Shown: piece after piece, positions 27,789 to 40,235 of the stretch
Numbering within the stretch: position 1 is the stretch's first letter
How the letters are laid out: every line of letters starts with the position of its first letter
DNA from: Octopus vulgaris
Taxonomy: Eukaryota
Reading direction: 5' to 3'
NCBI GenBank assembly: GCA_951406725.2
Contig: OX597824.1
Coordinates: 23,870,001-23,934,000, forward strand
Length of the DNA: 64,000 bases
Made by a program: the position numbers and the translations under genes
Notes under the pieces: model-generated
What the model was told of the DNA's origin: nothing
What the model saw: only the letters and a program-made list of their open reading frames with translations
The model's database searches: none

Positions 27789-27800
<12 letters not shown>
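26044..27800 (-). mobile_element. Non-autonomous Helitron (~1.75 kb) carrying a LINE fragment and a ~145-bp internal tandem duplication (27462-27606, 27610-27752)
   Basis: 3' CTAG (26044-47) with perfect 9-bp hairpin tatgacccg/cgggtcata (26051-75); the other end reads (rc) tatataaaactgagaatgtgtgtctgtctgtc, a Helitron-type 5' end. Confidence 0.7.
26205..26752 (-). pseudogene. Degenerate ORF1 (gag-like, RRM-type) N-terminal half of an L1/Tx1-like LINE; putative 5' UTR up to ~27082
   Basis: MPSIEESPKINFAAAVG.. then ..PLYLGRRTFRIKIKNVPPEVEVGWIVATLL, resembling Tx1 ORF1 motifs (S-Y/F-AAAV; V.V.NVPP); stops and frameshifts lie between the two ORFs. Confidence 0.5.
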
Positions 27801-27854
<54 letters not shown>

Positions 27855-27857
<3 letters not shown>

Positions 27858-28243
27858 TCTTTACTCTTTCACTTGTTTCAGTCATTTGACTGCGGCCATG
27901 CTGGAGCACCGCCTTTAGTCGAGCAAATCGACCCCAGGACTTCTTCTTTGTAAGCCTAGTACTTATTCTATCGGTCTCTTTTTGCCGAACCGCTAAGTGA
28001 CGGGACATAAACACACCAGCATCGGTTGTCAAGCAATGCTAGGGGGACAAACACAGACACACATATATACACATATATACAACGGGCTTCTTTCAGTTTC
28101 CGCCTACCAAATCCACTCACAAGGCTTTGGTCGGCCTGAGGCTATAGTGGGAGACGCTTGCCCAAGATGCCACGCAGTAGGACTGAACCTGGAACCATGT
28201 GGTTGATAAGCAAGCTACTTACCACACGACCACTCCTGCGCCT
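27855..28243 (-). mobile_element. SINE family A, full length
   Basis: Same layout as other A copies. Confidence 0.92.
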
Positions 28244-28269
28244 ATATATTATTATTATTATTATTATTA

Positions 28270-28520
28270 TTCAGGTCACTGTCTGGAATCGAACTCGGAA
28301 TCTTGGGGTTAGTAGCCCACGCTCTTAACCACTGCGCTATATGCCCGAAAAAGTACCTTAGGAATGAGAACCCAGGTTCGAAATTTCCCCAAGACAACTG
28401 ATGAAGGCTGGAGTGTATATCAGCCGAAACGTTATGTTAACAACAAACAAGTTGAGGACAATTATCCATCAAATGTAAATAATATACATAATTCCTCGTC
28501 TCTTAAATATAGAACTGTAA
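28270..28520 (+). mobile_element. Penelope pseudo-LTR-like element: antisense tRNA-like segment plus hammerhead motif (28392-28438)
   Basis: rc of 28272-28347 has A/B boxes (tagcgcagtggttaag, gagttcgattcc); CTGATGA-a-ggctg N10 cagcc-GAAAC-GTT. Confidence 0.65.
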
Positions 28521-28662
28521 TATCATATTTTATATATAAGAAATTTGAAAGAATCCAAATCAGCAGTGTCCCTATTGTGACCCAAATTACATTCACGCAT
28601 CCATTGTAAATAGTTGCAGCTTCTTTTTAAATTCATAGATCGAAATCGATGTGAGTGACCAT

Positions 28663-28714
<52 letters not shown>

Positions 28715-28727
<13 letters not shown>

Positions 28728-29216
28728 TCTAGTTGTGTGAGTGTCTGTCCCCTTCGATTTAGATTCCTAACTCCTCCCACATTTTGCGGTGCAGTTTAAC
28801 CAAATTCGGGTATCTTATAGTCGTGATTCATATCGAGCCCGTCTGACTATTAGCGCGCGTCAACGATGAGTCTACGATTTTAAAAATAATTTAACATCAT
28901 TTTTTATTCCATTTTAATGCATAAAATGCATCGTATGTCGATGGCGGCGGAGTTGGCGTCCACGCTCACAGCTGCACCTGTTTGCTTCTCCCCCTTCCCT
29001 CCCTCGTGAAGCTGTGGGGAAGGGAGTGTAAAGAAATCAACGTCGTAATGCGTTGTGAAGGAAACCAGCGTTCTTTTAGAACAACGACTTCATGGCTTGA
29101 AGACACCAAAACAAAAATGGCTAAGAAAGCCCGAATTTATAAGGGAAGTAACTCTCTAAAAATACTTATATAGTTATTTCCCTTACAAACCAGAGCAACG
29201 CCGGGCGATACTGCTA

Positions 29217-29217
<1 letters not shown>
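28715..29217 (+). mobile_element. Non-autonomous Helitron, longer variant of 15374-15676
   Basis: Shared 5' and 3' segments; 3' end ccagagcaacgccgggcgatactgCTAG|T; ~200 bp of extra internal sequence. Confidence 0.88.
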
Positions 29218-29266
<49 letters not shown>

Positions 29267-29528
29267 TGTACGATGCAAAACGCAGAAGCGCCGTTAGAAC
29301 AGAAGAAGTTTTGGGTAAATTACCTTTACAAAGCGGGAAAATTTGTCACCAAACAGCCATGGGATTCGAACCTACGTTCCTCAAAGTCTCCGACTGTGTG
29401 CTTCACCTTTAAGCTAAATTTCTTGCTGGCAAATTCATTCGCAATTTTAGACTCTATAAAGCTAAATGCTCAACTACGTGTATATAAATGCAAACAAATT
29501 AACATTTTTTTTAATAAACGTTTTTTTT

Positions 29529-30082
<554 letters not shown>

Positions 30083-30249
30083 CGAAATGTGTATTGTACG
30101 GTACAAATAAGACGATATTTATTTTTTTCGAACGGAGAAGCACCGTTACTTGGAACAGCTGTAAATTACTCTTACACAGCGGAAAAATTTGTCAACGTAC
30201 ATACATACATACATACATACATACATACATACATACATACATACATACA

Positions 30250-30826
30250 TCTCCTCTTTTTCTCTCGTTTTCTGTGTCTCTTTCTGTAGAAGAGCGTAGG
30301 CTCGAAACGTAAAAGACTTTTTCTATTTCTGAGCGTTATACTAATACATCTGTTTGTTTTGTACACCGCCTGTCTTCGTCTTTTGTTGTTGTTTATTCGT
30401 AAACTCTCCCCATACATAAATACATACATACATACATACATACATACATCTCCTTTTTGTCTCTCGTTTTCTGTGTCTCTTTCTGTAGAAGAGCGTAGGC
30501 TCGAAACGTAAAAGAATTTTTCTATTTCTGAGCGTTATACTAATACATCTGTTTGTTTTGTACACCGCCTGTCTTCGTCTTTTGTTGTTGTTTATTCGTA
30601 AACTCTCCCCATACATACATACATACATACATACATACATACATACATACATACATACATACATCTCCTTTTTGTCTCTCGTTTTCTGTGTCTCTTTCTG
30701 TAGAAGAGCGTAGGCTCGAAACGTAAAAGAATTTTTCTATTTCTGAGCGTTATACTAATACATCTGTATGTTTTGTACACCGCCTGTCTTCGTCTTTTGT
30801 TTTTGTTTTTTCGTAAACTCTCCCCA
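30250..30826 (+). repeat. Tandem trimer of ~160-bp hammerhead-bearing units with (CATA)n spacers (periods 199 and 215 bp)
   Basis: Each unit has tcttt-CTGTAGA-a-gagc gtag gctc-GAAAC-GTA-aaaga (cores at 30284, 30483, 30698); dispersed monomers at 51863-52030 and 56637-56790 (-). Confidence 0.8.
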
Positions 30827-30834
30827 TACATACA

Positions 30835-30868
<34 letters not shown>

Positions 30869-31461
30869 CATACATACATACACACACACATACATACATA
30901 CATACATACATACATACATACATACATACATACATACATACATACATACATACATACACATACATACATACATACATACATACATACATACATACATACA
31001 TACATACATACATACATACATGCACACATACATACATACATACATACATACATACATACATACATACATACATACATACATACGTACATACATACATACA
31101 TACCTACATACATACCTACCTACATACATACATACATACATACATACAGACAGACAGGCAAACAGACAGACAGACAGTCAGACAGTCAGACAGACAGACA
31201 TGCATACATTAAGTACCGTACTGCCAACTGTTACTCGCAAGCGAGTATGGAAACTCGGCATACTTTCACCAATTGCTTTTCTCATGAATAACCGCATGTA
31301 TACTTTTCCCCTAGCAACACATCCATGCATCCATGATATGGCACCTAGAGGGCGAGGCAGGGATGTACCTTAGGGGTCCTGTTTGTAATTACAGCTTAGT
31401 TGACAGGAACATCGGGAAATGAATGTGCTGCCCTCTCCAGGAATTAAGCCCGCGAACAAAT

Positions 31462-32243
31462 GTTTCTTTATTACCCACAAGGGGCTAAACACAGAGGGGA
31501 CAAACACGGACAGACAAACGGATTAAGTCGATTACATCGACCCCAGTGCGTAACTGGTACATAATTTATCGACCCCGAAAGGATGAAAGGCAAAGTCGAC
31601 CTCGGCGGAATTTGAACTCAGAAAGTACCAGCAGACGAAATACCTATTTCTTTATTGCCCACAAGGGGCTATACATAGAGGGGACAAACAAGTACAGACA
31701 AAGGGATTAAGTCGATTATATCGACCCCAGTGCGTAACTGGTACTTAATTTATCGACCCCGAAAGGATGAAAGGCAAAGTCGACCTCGGCGGAATTTGAA
31801 CTCAGAACGTAGCGACGGGTGAAATACCTATTTCTTTACTACCCACAACGGGCTAAACATAGAGGAGACAAGCAAGGACAGACATAGGTATTAAGTCGAT
31901 TACATCGACCCCAGTGTGTAAGTGGTACTTAATTTATCGATCCCAAAAGGATGAAAGGCAAAGTCGACCACGGCGGAATTTGAACTTAGAACGCAGCGAC
32001 AGACGAAATACCTATTTCTTTACTACCCACTAGGGTCTAAACATAGAGGGGACAAACAAGTACAGACAAAGGGATTAAGTCGATTACATCGACCCCAGTG
32101 TGTAACTGTTACTTAATTTATCGATCCGAAAAGGATGAAAGGCAAAGTCGACCTCGGCGGAATTTGAACTCAGAACGTAACGGCAGACGAAATACGGCTA
32201 CGCACTTCGCCCAGCGTGCTTACCTTTCTCCCAGCTCGCCGCC
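31462..32243 (-). mobile_element. SINE family B tetramer (one complete head plus four 184-bp units)
   Basis: Junctions gaaatacc|tatttc at 31645, 31829, 32013; TSD taagcccgcgaaca at 31445-58 and 32244-57. Confidence 0.92.
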
Positions 32244-32865
32244 TAAGCCCGCGAACATATAATCTATAGTCGACAGGCCGTAACCATTGAAGCACGTACA
32301 CTCGTATATTATTTATACATATGACACTAATAAAGAAAAAACAACATCGTCACACAATGAATCAGCAGATATGTCTTGGCTCCACCGTCAAATATTCAAT
32401 ACAACAGAAAGAAAAAATTTTAATTCACACATATTAAAAGGTTGATAATAGGTAGCTGTTATTTGAGACAGATTCGTTGAAAAAAAAGTCTGCTGGATTC
32501 ATAATGCAACGGAATTTTGCTCGACATAGTCGATCAGGCATTGAACCCGCATAACAATACAACAACAATAATATCAACAACAACAGCAGCAGCAGCGGCA
32601 GCGGCAGCAGCAACATTGAACAAGAGAAGCGACAATATTGAAATATATAATAACAGCCAGTCGTAATACACATACTTATTATAATTATTGATGGTAACTT
32701 GCATGCCCGAGTAAATCTTGACATTACTTAATTGCGCATATCTCGTAATATGTATTAATATGTGTGTATCTATGTATACGTGTAGATATACATACATATA
32801 CATACATACATATCAATGTTTATATGTGTGTGTGTAAACAAATATATGTGTTTGTATACACACAC

Positions 32866-32898
<33 letters not shown>

Positions 32899-32959
32899 AA
32901 ACTAATGGTAGCATACACAATAAATCCAAAATTGAATAATACATATATGGATATTGACG

Positions 32960-33003
<44 letters not shown>

Positions 33004-33090
33004 CACATATCTATTGATCTATCTATTTGTCTATCAATATATACACATATATACATATATACATATGTATATACATATATACATATATAT

Positions 33091-33135
<45 letters not shown>

Positions 33136-33429
33136 TGTGTGTGTGTGTGTGTGTGTATATGTATATATATATATATATACATACATATATATATATACAT
33201 ATATATATGAATACATATGTGTGTGTGTATGTATGAAACACGTTATTAATGAGACATGGTAAATGTAATATACATTTATATATAGTTAGGTAATTATATA
33301 CAAAATATGTAAATATAATTACATTTCAACATAATTGCATAAAACTTTTCACGAATGAGTTCATATATAAACTTATACACACACACACATACTCATGACA
33401 AAAACACGTGCGTGCCGTCACGTATATAG

Positions 33430-33490
<61 letters not shown>

Positions 33491-33519
33491 TATGTATGTA
33501 TATATGTTTATATATCTGC

Positions 33520-33583
<64 letters not shown>

Positions 33584-34780
33584 GTATGTATATATGTTTA
33601 TATATCTGCGTATATATATATGTATATATATATATGTATATAAGTAAGTGTATGTGCGCGTGTGTGATTTGTGTGTGCGTGTGTTTATATAATCATTATA
33701 TCAGAGGAACGCAATATTAGGATACAAAGAATGCGGGATCAATTTATTGAAAATTAATATATTAACAGAATATATATATATACAAATCTATACATACATA
33801 CATACATTCATACACACTCACATACATACATACATACATACACACACATACATATACACATGCACCCACATACATACACACACTCACACACATACAAACA
33901 TATATATATATATATATATATACATACACACATACATATACACAAACATATACATATATACACACACACACACATGCATACATACACATACATATACACA
34001 TGCACCCACATACATACACACACACACATACAAACATATATATATATATATATATATACATACACACATACATATACACATACATATACATATATACACA
34101 CACATACACACACATGCATACATACATACACATATACACATACACATACATACATACATACATACATACATACATACATACATACTTACATACACGCATA
34201 CACACACACATATATACATACATACACACACATATATATACATACATACAACACAAATACATACATTCGTACATACATATACACACCCACATACACACAT
34301 ACATACATATACACACATTTCTCTTGTATTTATAATATACCGAATCTGGAATTACTCGTGGAAGACCACTGGCTGTCTGCGACTAGACGGTACCATTCAC
34401 ATAACAATCGTAATATATATAATAACTGCCAAACTTTTCAATATTTTTAAATTGGAACTTGTTAAGACAGAATTTATTTGTGTTCTAGCTCTAATTATTT
34501 AATGAATAAATGTTTTGGTTAAAGAATGTTCCACTTCAGAAGAGAGAATAAAGCCCTTTGTTGAGTGACATATTTTTATACGAGACAGTTGCTGTACATT
34601 TGGCGGGAATGAGAGAGACATGAAGTCTATGCTTCTTTTTTATTTAATATTTATATTATAAACGCAATGTGTGCGCATGTGTGTGATGCCTTTACGTGGA
34701 TTACTGATGTCAGGTTTATAATTAAGGATATACATATATACGTGTGTGCGTGTGTTTGTGAATATATATATATGTATATA

Positions 34781-34871
<91 letters not shown>

Positions 34872-34984
34872 TTATATATATCAATATATGTTCGTGTGTA
34901 TGTGTGCATGTGTGTGTGCGTGTTTGTATGTATCTATATATATTGAGAAATTGAGAAATATTAATGAAAATAGGAAACGGGGAA

Positions 34985-35081
34985 TAGAGGAAGGAAAACA
35001 GAAAGGATAGCAAGAAAGAAACAAGGAAAAAGAAAGAAAGACAGAAAGAAGGAAAGAATGAAAGGAAGAAAGAAAGAAGGA

Positions 35082-35112
<31 letters not shown>

Positions 35113-35153
35113 GAAGGAAGAAAGAAGAAAAGAAAGAAAGAAGGAAAGAATGA

Positions 35154-35197
<44 letters not shown>

Positions 35198-35306
35198 AGA
35201 AAAGAAAGAAAGAAAGAAAGAAGAAAAGAAAAAGAAAGAAAGAAAGAAGAAAAGAAAGAACGAAAGAAAGGAAGGAAGAAAAAAGAAAGAAAGAACGAAA
35301 GAAGGA

Positions 35307-35362
<56 letters not shown>

Positions 35363-35380
35363 AGAAAAGAAAGAAATAAA
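34985..35380. repeat. (GAAA)n purine tract
   Basis: Seen directly. Confidence 0.95.
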
Positions 35381-35612
35381 GGTGAAATCTGGTCAGGTGA
35401 GTATTTTATAGACATCACAATCAAGATCACGCTGGAGCACCACAAAATGCGTGTCATGGCTCTCTGGTCAGAAGCTTGATTCCAGGTTCAATTCCGCTGC
35501 GCGGCACCTTTGGCAAATGGCTTTCACTATAGCCCAGGTTGACCAATGCCTTCTGAGTGAATTTGGTAAGCGGAAACTGCGTGGAAGCCCGTCATATCTA
35601 TCTATCTATCTA

Positions 35613-36895
35613 CGGGAAAAGTCAGTGGGCTTGCGACTCGGCACCTGGAGAAGCAAGCCCATGCCGTCCACCAGCGCCTCCGTCGTGGGACGCTGGACCG
35701 ACGGCCCGGTTGAGTTGCTCGGGGTCTGGTTTGGTCCGGACCTCCAAGTGGAGAAGAACTGGAACGAGATAACGAGTAGGGTGGTCACTCTCGCCCGGCA
35801 ATGGGCCGAGAGGAAACTTTCCCTAAAAGGTCGGGCGGAGGTGGCGAACACGTACATCGCGTCCGTCATCTACTACCGCCTGACCGTCGTACCTTGTCCC
35901 GACCCTACCATCACCAAACTACAACGCATTCTCTTTCGCTTCTTGTGGAAAGGATGCGTCCCGATGGTCAGGCGATCCATTTGCTGTCAACACCCGTTAA
36001 AAGGAGGGCTGGGCATGCCGTGGTTGATGATGCGCAGACACGCGCTGAGACTGCGACATCTCTGGCTCTATGTAGACGACGGTGAACAGGTGTGGTCGCC
36101 GTTTGTGAGGCACGCTTTCCCGCAGCTCGTCTCCATGACCGAACTGCAGTCGTGGATCAAAAAGAGGCGGAAGAAGGGCGAATGGCACCGCGAGTGTCGC
36201 GTTGCTCTCAAGCAACTCTGCCGTCCTGGGTCGACCTTGAGTGACTTCAACACAACCAAAGCATTCTATAGGGGTTTAGTGGAGGGGAGGTACGACGACG
36301 AGCTCGGGGCGAACCTGGACGTCGACGAGGAGTACCTGACCCGCCTGTTCAGGACGACTTTCGGGCCAGGGCCCATGGACAACTTCCAGAGATCCCTGGC
36401 CTGGCAGTGCTACCGAGAAGCGCTACCCGTTCGGGATAAGCTCTACAGACACGGCTCGAGAAACACGGGGCCGACCTGCCCGAGATGCGGTCAGAGCGAC
36501 GAAACCGTTCTGCATGCACTCGTGCAGTGTCCAACAATTTCCGACCTGTGGGCTTGTGTCGAACAACTGCTGTCACGTGTGGGACGAGTCGGTTTATCAG
36601 CTGAGTCTATCGTTAATATTGTCACGCCTCCTTCCTTCAAACGGGAAGGAAGAGCTATTTTCATCATCCTTGTGGCTATGGCGAAAGAATGTATCTGGTG
36701 GACGCGTCTGAAAGGATTGGAGACAAACACTTTCCTCTCTGGTCAATCTCTCATCAACTTCTTCAAGTACCACTTGAAAAGGAAAGTGAGAGTAGAGAGG
36801 CAAGTTTTGTCTAGCGAATGTTTTAAAAAAGATGGGTGAATGTAGCAAGAATGGCACGTATGAATGACGAAGCCACCTTGAGCATGATCCTATGA
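35613..36895 (+). pseudogene. LINE ORF2 C-terminal ~425 aa: end of RT, thumb and CCHC zinc knuckle (zf-RVT)
   Basis: REKS, LLGVWFG, LSLKGRAEVAN, FRFLW, GGLGMP, CPRCGQSDETVLHALVQC. One extra A in the run at ~36825-30 restores KKRWVNV..SMIL* (stop 36893-95). The supplied start at 35451 lies in SINE sequence. Confidence 0.9.
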
Positions 36896-37278
36896 ACCCA
36901 GAAATTGAAAACAGAGAGTTGCTTATTTGCAAAAAAAAAAAAAAGAAATATAACATGTGACTCCATTGACCGAGGTTACCGTGGTCTTTTCCGTAGGCTT
37001 TTCTTTCCACGGGTAAACCTCACCTGTCCTCCCCTTTACACTTCATATTGACATTTCTGTGATAACGATCCCTATTAATCAAATTTTTTTTTTTTTTTCC
37101 TCTCCCCCTTTTTTTTTAACCCCCCTTTTTTTTGTCCTCTTTCTCTCCTTTTACGATCCCTTTTGATCGAAACTCCCTCTTCCTTTTTTTTTTTTTTTTT
37201 TTTTTAAACCTTCAAAAGAAAAGCTCTACCTTGTAATTTGTTCTATCTGTGTGCAGCCCCGTGTGGCTAATAAAGAAA
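35613..37278 (+). mobile_element. 5'-truncated L1/Tx1-clade non-LTR retrotransposon (ORF2 3' part plus 3' UTR)
   Basis: GC-rich block; pyrimidine-rich 3' UTR ending gctaataaagaaa; candidate TSD catatctat (35593-601, 37279-87). Confidence 0.9.
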
Positions 37279-38112
37279 CATATCTATAAATGTGTGTGAT
37301 ATTGTGTGTGAGTGTGATATTGTGTGTGTGTGATATTGTGTGTGTGTGTGTGTGTGTAAGATATTGCGTGTGTATTTTTGCGCTTGTGCTTGTCTCCCTT
37401 TCACTTCTTTCACAACCGGTGTTGTTTTCTTTACGTTCTCATAACTTAGCGGTTCGGCAAGTTAAAAACTCATAGAATACGTACCATACTTCTAACAAAG
37501 AAAAACAAAAAGAAAAAACTACTGGAGTTGATTTTTGTTATTAAGCCCTGTAAAGCGATACTCCGGCAAGGCGATACCCCAGCAGGTCAATGCACTCGCA
37601 TGGCTGCAGTCCGATGATTGAATCAAGGAAGAAAAATAATAATTAAAAGATAAATCAATTAATAAATAAATAAGAGATACAATCACGTGTTATACCCAAC
37701 GGTCGATTAACACCGACTGTAAACATCGACCGGAATACCACAGAAGTCAAGCGGACATTCAAACAATTATACTCTGTATTTTATCTTCTGCACAATTTCA
37801 TGAAAACACACAAATAAAAGTGAACGAATCGACAGAGATACAAGTATTTATAGCTAATGCATGTCACGTAGAATAACATTTACTCTAAACATTTCGCTAA
37901 TGAGCATCATTTGCATGTTTCATACGTGGAGGATATACCGTAATTTCGATTAACAGAGAAAGATAATGTATACAACGTATTGCGGAGAAATGTCAGTTTA
38001 ACGATAAATAATTGCTTTCTATAAAAACGTATAAACACTAACATTATTATCATAGCACTTTAGTTCGAAAACTTAGATAAGATATTGTAATTTAAGGCCA
38101 TAATGCATTCAT

Positions 38113-38460
38113 AGGCGCAGGCATGGCTGTGTGGTAAGAAGCTTACTTCCCAGCCACAGTGTTCCGGGTTCAGTCCCACAGCGTGATACCTTGGCCTAGC
38201 GTCTTCTACTGTAGCATCGGGCTGACCAAAACCTTGTGAGTGAGAGGATTTGATAGACGGAAACTGAGAGAAACTTGTCGTGTGTATGTGTGTGTATGTG
38301 TGTGTGTGTGCGTGTTTGTGTGTGTGTTTGTTTGTCCCACACCACTTGACAACCGGTGTGGATTTGTTTACGTAAGCTTGCGGTTCGATAGAGGAGTCTG
38401 ATAGAGTAAATACCAGCCTTAAAAGTATAAGTACTGGGGTCGATTCATTTGGCTAAAACA
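38113..38460 (+). mobile_element. SINE family A, diverged
   Basis: aggcgcaggcatggctgtgtggtaag..gggttcagtccc. Confidence 0.85.
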
Positions 38461-38677
38461 TCCTTCAAATGTTGGCGAAGTTATTTTCCAAAATTTAATT
38501 CCACGGTTAACTTTGCTTAAAAGCTTTCTACTCTTGATATCAGAAGCATGAATGTCCATCCATCTTCTCCGTCTATAATGCTTGGGGCCGTCTTGGAGCT
38601 AGACACTTCCACCACAGGGTCTTATCAGAAATAGCAGTCATTACACTTTCCGGTTGGATCCCAAAGGTGACGAACTG

Positions 38678-38790
38678 AAATGGTAAATTTTACTAGCAGG
38701 CACCAGTGTAGCTATGGGAACTAAGATGAGCCCAAGCTATGCTAGCCTTTTTGTAGGTTGCGCTGAGTCTTAAATTTTTGCTCATTTCAT
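38678..38790 (+). pseudogene. Penelope-like reverse transcriptase fragment
   Basis: NGKFY*Q/TSVAMGTKMSPSYASLFVGCAE matches the PLE RT motif Q..GVAMG..MGP.YANLF. Confidence 0.75.
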
Positions 38791-39010
38791 TGATCCACTT
38801 TGGGTATAATCGAACCATCTCGCTTTTGGTCTACCCCTAAGTCTCTTGTCAGCGGGCTCAGCTTGAAGATTCCTTCCAACAATGTAACAGAGTTGTGACC
38901 TTTCAATGAGGAGAAATAGGGCTCAACTCGGAAAGACTTGTTGAATTCCGAGCTACCAACCTTGTCGTGTAACATTACTCCAGACACCATTCGGAATCCC
39001 ATTTTGACAT
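38791..39010 (-). pseudogene. RTE-clade LINE ORF C-terminal remnant
   Basis: MGF..VSGVMLHDKVGSSEFNKSFRVEP.. and GRPKARWFDY. Confidence 0.6.
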
Positions 39011-39139
39011 TTGTCAAAAGAAGAAACAGACGTTAGTAATTGGGAAGTGGAGGGAAAAAACCCGCATAATTAAATCTAAAGTGTTTGGAAACAGAGTTTC
39101 TTAATCTCTCCACCATACCTGTGTCTATAATTTCTTTAT

Positions 39140-39607
<468 letters not shown>

Positions 39608-39749
39608 TGTATACATAATTATAGAATGATAACGATTTTGTCATAGGATAATAACAAGGTTATATTTATTAGTTTTATTTCCCACGATGTTTGTGCTAAC
39701 TTAGTTGCTATAGTCACGGTCTTTAAATCCGAAGGATATACTGCTGCTA

Positions 39750-40000
39750 GGCAATCTCATAAGCAAACATTTATGGGTACAGGTAACCAAGGGGAGGAAA
39801 CGCTATTGGCTGAGATACATTCTACGGAAACTTGTTTCCAACATTACAAGGCAAGTCCTGTAATAGATGTTTCAAAGTAGACAGAAAACTTGGGAGACCA
39901 AAATTAATATGGCAAAGAGTCACAGAAATTTAAGGAATAGTAGAAGGCTGCACGGTTGGGATAACTGAATTCCGAAGACCAAATCCGATGGAGATCTCTA
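39750..40000 (+). pseudogene. Highly degenerate RTE-like LINE 3' remnant
   Basis: Frameshifted WLRYILRK..ITRQVL..RKLGRPKLIWQR..IRWRSL. Confidence 0.45.
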
Positions 40001-40235
40001 TATGAAAAGATTTAAAAGCTTAAAAAGAAGTTTAACAAGAGCAAAAAGGACAAAAAGAATGGGTTCAAATTTTGGCACAAGGCTAGCAATTTTAGCGGAA
40101 GGGACAGGTCGATTACATCGAACCCTGTGTTCAACTGGTACATATTTAGTAGACGGAAACTGAAAGAATCCTCTGTTAAATATATGAGTATAAATTTAAT
40201 GTACAGTATATGGATTTATATAATCCAATATATAT

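Larger units (their letters stand above)
35450..37630 (+). mobile_element. Old SINE A copy split by the LINE: 5' half 35450-35592, 3' half ~37290-37630
   Basis: ggttcaattcc..cacctttggcaa..ggaagcccgtc before the LINE; caaccggtgttg..taacttagcggttcggcaa..gcatggctgcagtc after it. Confidence 0.75.

Noticed and set aside
31445-32257. CRISPR-like array
   Set aside because: The units are fully repeated with no unique spacers, there are no cas genes, and the context is a eukaryotic SINE.
35451-35612. N-terminal 54 aa of the 462-aa ORF
   Set aside because: This is SINE A and (TATC)n sequence that happens to be in frame with the truncated LINE; it is not a real start.
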